Below are positions 18,084 through 25,156 of a DNA stretch of 40,929 bases, piece by piece; position 1 is the first letter of the stretch, and each line of letters begins with the position of its first letter. Below the pieces are notes generated by a model. That model did not search any database and was not told where the DNA came from. It saw nothing but the letters and a program-made list of their open reading frames with translations. Origin of the DNA: Patescibacteria group bacterium. Lineage in GTDB: Bacteria; Patescibacteriota; Minisyncoccia; JAHIHE01; JAGLIN01. The translations under genes and the position numbers were made by a program. The stretch covers positions 5,449 through 46,377 of the forward strand of contig JAYEKL010000063.1 in NCBI GenBank assembly GCA_034660995.1, read 5' to 3'.

Positions 18084-18110
18084 GACAATTTAGCAGTTTA
18101 GCAATTTAAT
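18084..18110 (+). repeat. Family-C solo right arm (C3), 10 nt upstream of rplM
   Basis: gacaatttagcagtttagcaatttaat, i.e. three 8-mers of caatttaa type. Confidence 0.6.
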
Positions 18111-18120
18111 ATTAATCTTT

Positions 18121-18540
18121 ATGTCAAAAGAAAAAAACGACAAAGTAGAAAAATCAACTCAAGGAAATTGGCATATTTTTGACGCGTCTGAAGAGAATTT
18201 TGGTAGGATGGCATCAAAGATCTCAATTCTGCTTAGAGGAAAAAATAAGGCAAGTTATACGCCTCATATTGATGATGGGGATTATGTTGTAGTTATTAAT
18301 ACCGATAATTTAAAGTATTCAGGAAATAAAAAAGACGGAAAAATTTATTATAGTCACAGTTGGTATCCTGGAGGATTGAAAGAAATTACATTGGGAAATC
18401 AAATTAAAAAAGATTCAAGGATAGTTATTAAAAAAGCGGTTTATGGAATGTTACCTAAGAATAAATTGAGGGATCAAATGATAAAAAGACTAAGAATATA
18501 TAAAGATAAAAATTATTTAGAAAAAGATAAATTTAAATAA
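18121..18540 (+). CDS. rplM: 50S ribosomal protein L13
   Basis: WHIFDASEENFGRMASKISILLRGKNKASYTPHIDDGDYVVVINTD. Confidence 0.9.
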   Translation: MSKEKNDKVEKSTQGNWHIFDASEENFGRMASKISILLRGKNKASYTPHIDDGDYVVVINTDNLKYSGNKKDGKIYYSHSWYPGGLKEITLGNQIKKDSRIVIKKAVYGMLPKNKLRDQMIKRLRIYKDKNYLEKDKFK

Positions 18541-18553
18541 ATTTAAATAAATT

Positions 18554-18973
18554 ATGAGTGAAGACAATAAAAAAAATGGCAAGTATATTTACGCAACTGG
18601 AAGAAGAAAGTCTGCAGTCGCGAAGGTTAGACTTTATCAGAATGTTAAAAAGGATAAGATATCAGTAAATGATAAGGACTACAAAAAATATTTTTCAGAT
18701 AATAGCGTTCTTATTAAAAAAGTTTATTCTCCAATAAAACTTCTTGGTTTAGAAGATAAATTTGATATTTCAGTAAAGGTTTCTGGTGGTGGAATAAATG
18801 GGCAAGCTGAAGCAATAAGACTTGGGATAGCAAGGACTTTACTTATTTTAGATGAAGAATATAAAAAAGAATTAAGAGCCTCTGGTTTTCTTACAAGAGA
18901 TCCAAGAAAAGTTGAAAGAAAGAAACCAGGATTGAAAAAAGCAAGAAGAGCTCCGCAATGGAAGAAGAGATAA
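18554..18973 (+). CDS. rpsI: 30S ribosomal protein S9
   Basis: ATGRRKSAVAKVRL, GGGINGQAEAIRLGIARTL and C-terminal RDPRKVERKKPGLKKARRAPQWKKR. Confidence 0.93.
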   Translation: MSEDNKKNGKYIYATGRRKSAVAKVRLYQNVKKDKISVNDKDYKKYFSDNSVLIKKVYSPIKLLGLEDKFDISVKVSGGGINGQAEAIRLGIARTLLILDEEYKKELRASGFLTRDPRKVERKKPGLKKARRAPQWKKR

Positions 18974-18992
18974 TTTGTTTCATTTTCTTATT

Positions 18993-19036
18993 AAAAAAAC
19001 AAAAACCATTTTATATGAAAATGGTTTTTGTTTTTT
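18993..19036 (+). terminator. Rho-independent terminator after rpsI
   Basis: Long stem aaaaaaacaaaaaccatttt / aaaatggtttttgtttttt with a 5-nt loop (atatg), followed by T-rich sequence. Confidence 0.8.
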
Positions 19037-19050
19037 CATTTTAAGTCTAA

Positions 19051-19213
19051 TGATTCACAATATCCTTCAACCCACAATATACTTCAACCTGAAATATTTT
19101 TCGACCTTGTGGAGAAGCTTGTTCGCGCATAACAGTATTGAAGTACGCTGTACAAAATATCGCTAAGATAAGTAATATATTAGCTTAGCGTTTTGCTTAA
19201 TACTTAATACTAG
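19051..19213 (+). repeat. Family-D element, copy D5 (core + right arm)
   Basis: ttcgaccttgtggagaagcttgttcgcgcataac core, with the right terminal arm gcttaatacttaatactag (19195-19213). Confidence 0.7.
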
Positions 19214-19236
19214 CTACTTGATATTAATATGTAAAG

Positions 19237-19264
19237 TTGACCAAAACCAGATAAAAGCTATAAT
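19237..19264 (+). promoter_or_regulatory. Putative promoter for the 19380 gene
   Basis: TTGACC (19237-19242), 16-nt spacer, TATAAT (19259-19264). Confidence 0.45.
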
Positions 19265-19379
19265 AAGAATAAGGATAAAATCCTTTTTTGAAATTTGGTT
19301 TTTGAAAGAAAAATTAACAGAATTTATTCAATAAACAAAAAATTCATAATTTATAATTCATAATTTTTTATTCATTTTC

Positions 19380-20270
19380 ATGACAAGCGGACAGCGAAAA
19401 ATAAAAAAAGCATTTATTGTTTTAATAATTTTGTCTTTTTTAATTGTTACTTATAAAATAATTTTTCCAAAAGTTCCTGAACCGTGTTTTAATGGAGTTT
19501 TCGATATTGGAGAAGAGAAGGTTGATTGTGGGGGATTTTGTACTAAAGAATGTCCTCCGCCTCTAACACCTCCGAATGTTGATGAGATTGAAGTTGAGTG
19601 GGTAGAATTTATAAAGGATGGTGATGATAACTATGATTTAATTGCGAAAATTACAAATAAAAATTCTTCTTGGGGTATTTCTTCAATGAATTATATATTT
19701 GTAATTTATGGTGACAATAATAAAATAGTAAGAACGTCAAAAAATGAAACTTATATAATGCCAAAAGGATTTTTAAAAGAAAAAGGAGCAAAATATATAA
19801 TTGAGGATAATTATAAATCGGATTTTGATATTAAGAAAGTTGACATTAAACTATCTAAATATAATTGGAAAGAAATAAAAGATCCACGAGATCTTTCTGA
19901 TTTTGGTGCGAAAATTATAAATGTTAAAGATAAAAAAAGTGGGTTTGTCACAGATGGGTCAGGGTTCTACTATGTGTTTGGGGTGACTAAAAATACTTCT
20001 AAATACAGTTTTTATAGGGTTGACATTGATGTTATTATATATGACACAAGTGGTAAGCCACTTGCAGTTGGAAAAACAAATCAATGGACTGTGCCTGGTG
20101 GAGAAGGATGGGAATTCAAAATTTTTTGGAATGAGCCGTTTTTAGAGAATGTTAATCGTTCTGATTACAATATTGAACAGATTGATTATGAAGCTCAAAC
20201 AAATATTTTTGATTCAGAGAACTTTATGAAAGATTTTGGAACTGGAGAGAAATATATGACTCCAATGTAG
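19380..20270 (+). CDS. Membrane-anchored secreted protein with 4-Cys motif, unknown function
   Basis: 296 aa with an N-terminal TM (AFIVLIILSFLIVTY), then CFNGVFDIGEEKVDCGGFCTKEC, then a beta-rich domain. Confidence 0.55.
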   Translation: MTSGQRKIKKAFIVLIILSFLIVTYKIIFPKVPEPCFNGVFDIGEEKVDCGGFCTKECPPPLTPPNVDEIEVEWVEFIKDGDDNYDLIAKITNKNSSWGISSMNYIFVIYGDNNKIVRTSKNETYIMPKGFLKEKGAKYIIEDNYKSDFDIKKVDIKLSKYNWKEIKDPRDLSDFGAKIINVKDKKSGFVTDGSGFYYVFGVTKNTSKYSFYRVDIDVIIYDTSGKPLAVGKTNQWTVPGGEGWEFKIFWNEPFLENVNRSDYNIEQIDYEAQTNIFDSENFMKDFGTGEKYMTPM

Positions 20271-20276
20271 AAATTA

Positions 20277-20575
20277 GTGTTAAGTATTAAGTATTAAGGT
20301 TTTTGTTGCATGAATATTTGAATTTAACTTATTTGAACCATTTTTGCAAATTAATATTTTTTTAAAAATTGCTTAAACAAACTAGGATTTATTATTCATA
20401 TAATAAAGTAAATAAAGTCTGCTGATTTTTTTATAATTCCCCTCTAGAGAGGGGGTTGGGGGTGTGTTAAAAAGCTTGTTACACACCCCTTGCCCCTCTC
20501 AAGAGGGGAATAATCGGTAGTCCCTAAGTATAAAATATTAGGCTTAATACTTGATACTAAATACTTAATACTAAT
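20277..20575 (+). mobile_element. D-type terminal arms enclosing unrelated cargo that includes A4
   Basis: Left arm agtgttaagtattaagtattaagg (20277-20298) and right arm ggcttaatacttgatactaaatacttaatactaat (20541-20575) are inverted. The interior lacks the D core but contains A4. Confidence 0.55.
20419..20512 (+). repeat. Family-A element, copy A4
   Basis: ctgctgatttttttataattcccctctagagagggggttgggggtgtgttaaaaagcttgttacacaccccttgcccctctcaagaggggaata. Confidence 0.85.
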
Positions 20576-20577
20576 CC

Positions 20578-21696
20578 GTGATGAATTTCAATCCATTCGG
20601 GAAAATAGATAAAATATTGTTTATTGCTGTTGTAATTTTAATCTCTATAGGCTTAATAATAATTTTTAGTACATCCTATAGTTCTACCGGAACGGATTTT
20701 ATGAATTTCAGAAAGCAATTTGTTTTTTCGGTGTTTGGAATTTTTTTAATGATGGGCGCAAGTTTTTTTGACTATAGAGCATTAAAAAACTATACAGGTA
20801 TTTTTTATATTTCTGCCTGTTTTATTTTATTTGCAGTCTTGTTTTTCGGATCATCAATTCGAGGTACGACTAGTTGGTTTAGCCTTGGTTCTTTTAATTT
20901 TCAACCTGCTGAATTTGTAAAAATAGTTGTTATAATTATAATGGCAAAATATCTTGCTAAAGAAAATAATTTTTTTAATAATTTTAAAAAAATAATAATT
21001 TCTGGGATATATATATTTTTACCTGTTTCGCTTATTCTTTTTCAACCTGATTTTGGTAGTGCTCTGGTTTTGATTTTTATTTGGTTCTCTATGCTTTTTG
21101 TGGCTGGAGTAAACAAGAAATATATGATGTCAGTTTTGTTTGTCGGATTATTATTATTTACGGCTAGTTGGTCATATACCTTAGAAGATTATCAAAAAGA
21201 TAGAATTACAACCTTTATTAATCCTCAATCAGATCCGTACGGAGCTGGATACAATGTTATTCAGTCAGTGATAGCAACAGGTTCTGGAAGAATTTGGGGT
21301 AAGGGCTTGGGATATGGTTCGCAAAGTCAGTTAAATTTTCTTCCTGAAAAACATACAGATTTTATTTTTGCTGTTGTTGCCGAAGAGATGGGTTTTATAG
21401 GAGTTTTATTTGTTTTTGGACTTTTTGGAATTATTTTTTATCGTCTTTTTAAAATTGTTCGTGAATCACAAAATAATTTTGGAAAGTTATTAGTTTTAGG
21501 AATAATACTTACGCTTGTGTTTCATATAGTTATAAATACTGGAATGAATATGGGTATTATGCCTGTGACTGGAATTCCACTTCCTTTTATAAGCTACGGC
21601 GGAAGTTCGCTTATAAGCTTTTTAATTATGATAGGGTTATCTCAAAGCGTCTATATAAAAGGAATAGGGTATAAAATTGAGAAAGAAGATTCATAG
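20578..21696 (+). CDS. SEDS-family peptidoglycan glycosyltransferase (FtsW/RodA)
   Basis: Polytopic hydrophobic ORF with QPAEFVKIV, NFLPEKHTDFIFAVVAEEMGFIG and PVTGIPLPFISYGGSS. GTG 20578 or ATG 20581 could be the start. Confidence 0.9.
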   Translation: MMNFNPFGKIDKILFIAVVILISIGLIIIFSTSYSSTGTDFMNFRKQFVFSVFGIFLMMGASFFDYRALKNYTGIFYISACFILFAVLFFGSSIRGTTSWFSLGSFNFQPAEFVKIVVIIIMAKYLAKENNFFNNFKKIIISGIYIFLPVSLILFQPDFGSALVLIFIWFSMLFVAGVNKKYMMSVLFVGLLLFTASWSYTLEDYQKDRITTFINPQSDPYGAGYNVIQSVIATGSGRIWGKGLGYGSQSQLNFLPEKHTDFIFAVVAEEMGFIGVLFVFGLFGIIFYRLFKIVRESQNNFGKLLVLGIILTLVFHIVINTGMNMGIMPVTGIPLPFISYGGSSLISFLIMIGLSQSVYIKGIGYKIEKEDS

Positions 21697-21698
21697 AT

Positions 21699-21722
21699 AA
21701 TTGTTATATTGTTAAATTGTTG
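21699..21722 (+). repeat. Family-C solo left arm (C4)
   Basis: aattgttatattgttaaattgttg (ttaaattg-type 8-mers), immediately after the SEDS gene stop. Confidence 0.5.
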
Positions 21723-21871
21723 TTCTGTTTACTGGTTTAGGAGCAGAGTTTTTTTATGTATTCTGATAACCCACAATTTCTAATCCCTAATTTCTAGTTT
21801 ACACGCTCAGTCTCTTGACATAATCTTATTTATAGTGTACGATAAATCGTTATTCTTAACGAATTAATATT

Positions 21872-24613
21872 ATGAAAAAAGTTTTTAAATTGGTAATATT
21901 TTTAGTTTTAGTGGTTTTAATATGTAATACTGCTAAAGCTGTTAATATAGTTCCTTCTGCTATTATAGGGAATACTATTCAAGATGAAAATGATACTATT
22001 GTTATCACTTTTAATGAGTCAGTAACAGCTGCAGATGGAAATTGGTCTAGTAATGAGTTTACTTCTATTAAGAGTCCAATCGGAGTGTCTTTATCTTTGA
22101 CTAACGCATCTTTTGCTTATAGTGGCAATGTTTTAACAATTACACTGGATTTAAATACGGATAACGCCTATCTTAAAAATGGAAATATTATTGCTGTAAC
22201 TCCCGCTCTAGAAGCTATAGTTGACAGTACTTCTAATTTTTTACCAAATAATGAAGTACGAGGAACAATGGCAGTAACTGGAGATACTAGCGCTCCAATG
22301 GTAGCTTTGACTTATGACCCAGATAGAATAGTGGAATATACTGATTTTATAACCATAACTGCAACTTTTAGTGAGAGCTTGGAAGAATCTTCTCCATGTC
22401 CGTCAATTGCAATTAATACAGAAGGAGATGGAAGTCTAAGCAGTACAAATATGTCTAAGGTTTCTGAAACGGTTTGGACATATATCTGGGAAGTCCCAAA
22501 TGGTATTGACGAAAATGGAGTTGCTACTATTAATATTAATGCTACTGACTTAGCTGGAAATTATAGTCAAGTTGCTGCAAATAACACAAGAAATGTTAGT
22601 AATAGTTATGATGCGGTCAGTCCCAATATTATTGATGATTTGGAAGTTTATGCCACTACTAGCAACACTGCGACTTTAATTTGGAAGGCGCCGGGAGATG
22701 ATGGTGATATTGGCGTAGCCTCAAATTATGATATTAGATATGCATTATCGCAAGCTGAAATTTTGAATTGGTATGCTGCCACTCAGGTTAATAATGAGCC
22801 AAAACCTCAAATTGCCGGAACAAATCAAACTATAACTGTAACTAATCTTGATTCAGACGCGACCTATTATTTTGCTATAAGAACTTCAGACGAAGCGTTA
22901 AATATATCGTCACTGTCCAATATTGCTGATGGAATTACGCTAAAACCGTTAGACGAGACTGCTCCAGATGTTGTGACAGATCTAATAGTTTCTTATGTTA
23001 CTTCAAATTCTGCTGTTTTAAGCTGGATAGCGCCGGGAGATGATCGTGATATTGGAACTGCAACGAGCTATGATATTAGATATTCATCTTCGCGTTTGTC
23101 AACTTTAAATTGGTATGCCGCGACACAAATTAACAACGAACCACAACCGCAAATTGCCGGAGCTAATCAAACTGTAACAGTAAACGGACTTGATGCTAAT
23201 GCGACTTACCATTTCGCTATGAAAACTTATGATGAAGTAGAAAATGTTTCCGCAATATCTAACATAGTCAATGGTACTACCTTAGAGTTAGTAGATACTG
23301 TTACTCCTGATGTCATTACAAATTTAAAAGTTTCTCGTGTTACTTCAAACTCTGCTGTTTTAATTTGGACAGAGACTGGCGATGACGAGGATATTGGAAC
23401 TGCTTCAAGCTATGATATTAGATATTCAGAAAAGCCTATTAACGAAGTTGTTTGGTCGTCTGCGAATAGACTTAATCGTTCGATTAATCCATACATTGAT
23501 GGGGCAAATCAGACTGTTACTGTTACTGGACTTGATCCAGACACAATTTATTATTTCGCCATAAAAGTTTCCGATGAAGCATCAAATGTTTCAGAGTTAT
23601 CTAATATTGCAACAGGGACTACTTTAAAATATCTTGATAGAGTTGCGCCAGAAAGAGTGCGTGAATTTAATATAACAAGCTTATCAAAAATAAATAGCAC
23701 TGCTGTTATAACATGGGTAAATCCTGCTAATAAGGATTTTTCTAATGTGTTATTGATTAGAAGTGAAGATAAATATCCTTCACATATTGATGACGGAACT
23801 GTAATCTATAAAGGAAAAGGTAGTATTTTTAAAGATACTAAAACAGAAGATGAAAAAGTCTATTATTATAATATTTATTCTTTTGATAATGACGATAATT
23901 ATTCATTACCAGCGCAGAAAGTGTTTTTTTCTAATAATACGCTTGTAAAAAAACGCTATGAAGATAAAATTTATGTCGTGATTAACAGTGAAAAGCGCTG
24001 GATTCCAACGCCGGGAGTATTTAATAGAAATAGATATAAATGGGAAAATATTTATGAATTTTATGATAATATTATTGATACTATAAAAACTGGTGAACAT
24101 ATAGAGGATGATGAAGAAATAAAACTTGTTAAAAGTATGAACAGTTCGCGAGTTTATCTTATCAAAGGATACAGAAAAATATGGATTAAGACTATGAACG
24201 CATTTGTTGGCAGTGGATATGAATGGAAAAATATTATTGATATGGATATAAACGAGATAAGGGCTCACAATGATATAAAATTAATAAAGGAAGAGAATGA
24301 TTATCGTATTTATTATGTTCATAGTGAAATTGGAATGAAAAGACTTATTCCAAATATGATAACGTTTTTGTCGTATCCTTCAAGTAAGTGGGAAGATATT
24401 GAAATAGTAAGTAGAGCAATAGCGGATAGTTATGAAAATATAAATCTAATTAGAAGATTTGATGATTGTAATGTTTATCTTCTTGAGAATGGAGTTAAAA
24501 GACGTATTATGTCGCAAGAGGTTTTCAATGCAATGGGTTTTGATTGGAATAAAATAGCGGAAATAAATAATACCGAATTTAGCCAATACGAAACAGGTCA
24601 GAGTATTTATTAG
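21872..24613 (+). CDS. Secreted surface protein with tandem fibronectin-type-III-like domains and C-terminal repeats
   Basis: Signal peptide MKKVFKLVIFLVLVVLICNTAKA. Three 114-aa tandem units have an FN3-like pattern (TSNSAVLxWxAPGDDxDIGTAxSYDIRY...ATYYFAIKxxDE). Four C-terminal repeats follow, of the type VYLIxxGxKRxIxxxxxFxxxGxxWxxI. Confidence 0.8.
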   Translation: MKKVFKLVIFLVLVVLICNTAKAVNIVPSAIIGNTIQDENDTIVITFNESVTAADGNWSSNEFTSIKSPIGVSLSLTNASFAYSGNVLTITLDLNTDNAYLKNGNIIAVTPALEAIVDSTSNFLPNNEVRGTMAVTGDTSAPMVALTYDPDRIVEYTDFITITATFSESLEESSPCPSIAINTEGDGSLSSTNMSKVSETVWTYIWEVPNGIDENGVATININATDLAGNYSQVAANNTRNVSNSYDAVSPNIIDDLEVYATTSNTATLIWKAPGDDGDIGVASNYDIRYALSQAEILNWYAATQVNNEPKPQIAGTNQTITVTNLDSDATYYFAIRTSDEALNISSLSNIADGITLKPLDETAPDVVTDLIVSYVTSNSAVLSWIAPGDDRDIGTATSYDIRYSSSRLSTLNWYAATQINNEPQPQIAGANQTVTVNGLDANATYHFAMKTYDEVENVSAISNIVNGTTLELVDTVTPDVITNLKVSRVTSNSAVLIWTETGDDEDIGTASSYDIRYSEKPINEVVWSSANRLNRSINPYIDGANQTVTVTGLDPDTIYYFAIKVSDEASNVSELSNIATGTTLKYLDRVAPERVREFNITSLSKINSTAVITWVNPANKDFSNVLLIRSEDKYPSHIDDGTVIYKGKGSIFKDTKTEDEKVYYYNIYSFDNDDNYSLPAQKVFFSNNTLVKKRYEDKIYVVINSEKRWIPTPGVFNRNRYKWENIYEFYDNIIDTIKTGEHIEDDEEIKLVKSMNSSRVYLIKGYRKIWIKTMNAFVGSGYEWKNIIDMDINEIRAHNDIKLIKEENDYRIYYVHSEIGMKRLIPNMITFLSYPSSKWEDIEIVSRAIADSYENINLIRRFDDCNVYLLENGVKRRIMSQEVFNAMGFDWNKIAEINNTEFSQYETGQSIY
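22610..23635 (+). repeat. Three exact-length 342-bp tandem coding repeats (FN3-like units)
   Basis: Unit starts (Asp codons of DAVSPN / DETAPD / DTVTPD / next DRVAPE) fall at 22610, 22952, 23294 and 23636, each 342 nt apart. Confidence 0.85.
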
Positions 24614-24652
24614 AGACTAGAAATATAGTTTTAGATTGTAGAAAAACGTTTT

Positions 24653-24962
24653 TGTCATCTCAATCCGCCGGCTGGCGGAGAGAGATCTATAAGCTAAACA
24701 AGTCTCATTTAAACCTTTCTTATTTCCTGTATAGTATAGCTTACAGACCTGCCTGTCCGGCAGGCAGGTTTCTCACCCTATCGGGATTTGAAATGACAGT
24801 TACAAAAACTTGTCATCTCGACTGGAGCGATAGCGAATCTCGAAAAAATGCGTTGATGTCATCTCGACTGGAGCGATAGCGGAATGGAGAGATCTGTGAA
24901 CTGATTAAATCTCACATAGCATAGTTCTTAAATTTCTCACCCTATCGGGATTCGAAATGACA
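24653..24962 (-). repeat. Family-B composite hairpin-repeat cluster, copy B2 (reverse orientation)
   Basis: Contains tgtcatctcgactggagcgatagcg... twice, ttctcaccctatcgggatt(c/t)gaaatgaca twice, and tgtcatctcaatccgccggctggcggagagagatct. The reverse complement matches the B1/B3 order, including the linker ctatacaggaaataagaaaggtttaaatgagacttgttta. Confidence 0.85.
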
Positions 24963-24990
24963 GTTATGAAAAGTGTTCTTTTACACCCTA

Positions 24991-25024
24991 AGTCTATTTT
25001 GCAACGGCCGTTGCAAAATAGACT
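24991..25024. repeat. Perfect 34-bp palindrome
   Basis: agtctattttgcaacgg|ccgttgcaaaatagact: 17-bp arms with no spacer and a GC-rich centre (cggccg). Confidence 0.9.
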
Positions 25025-25055
25025 ATATTTATGAAAGTTTTGGGTATAAAGCAAT

Positions 25056-25083
25056 AAAAGACGATTATGAATCGTCTTTTTTG
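25056..25083 (+). terminator. Rho-independent terminator (ends the FN3-protein transcription unit)
   Basis: Stem gacgatt/aatcgtc (25060-25066 / 25070-25076), 3-nt loop, then tttttt. Confidence 0.7.
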
Positions 25084-25156
25084 TTTTACAATAACGATAG
25101 TTTGTGCTATTGTGAAAACGTTGTATGATTAAAATTAATTCAATATATCAAAAAAT

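Noticed and set aside
18975-19166. 63-aa ORF after rpsI
   Set aside because: It spans the rpsI terminator hairpin and the D5 repeat. The peptide is hydrophobic junk with no start context.
19271-19290. Weak hairpin aaggat-aaa-atcctt plus T run in the 5' leader of the 19380 gene (possible attenuator)
   Set aside because: The stem is only 6 bp with two G-C pairs, and the promoter placement is itself uncertain. This is not enough to call.
24652-24879. 75-aa ORF in the supplied track (MSSQSAGWRREIYKLNK...)
   Set aside because: It lies entirely within the B2 hairpin-repeat cluster. The peptide is a read-through of repeat units that occur in both orientations elsewhere, and there is no RBS or promoter.
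25084-25156. T-box or other leader upstream of glyQS
   Set aside because: Only about 73 nt are available between the terminator and the start codon. That is too short for a T-box, and no specifier or T-box sequence is visible.
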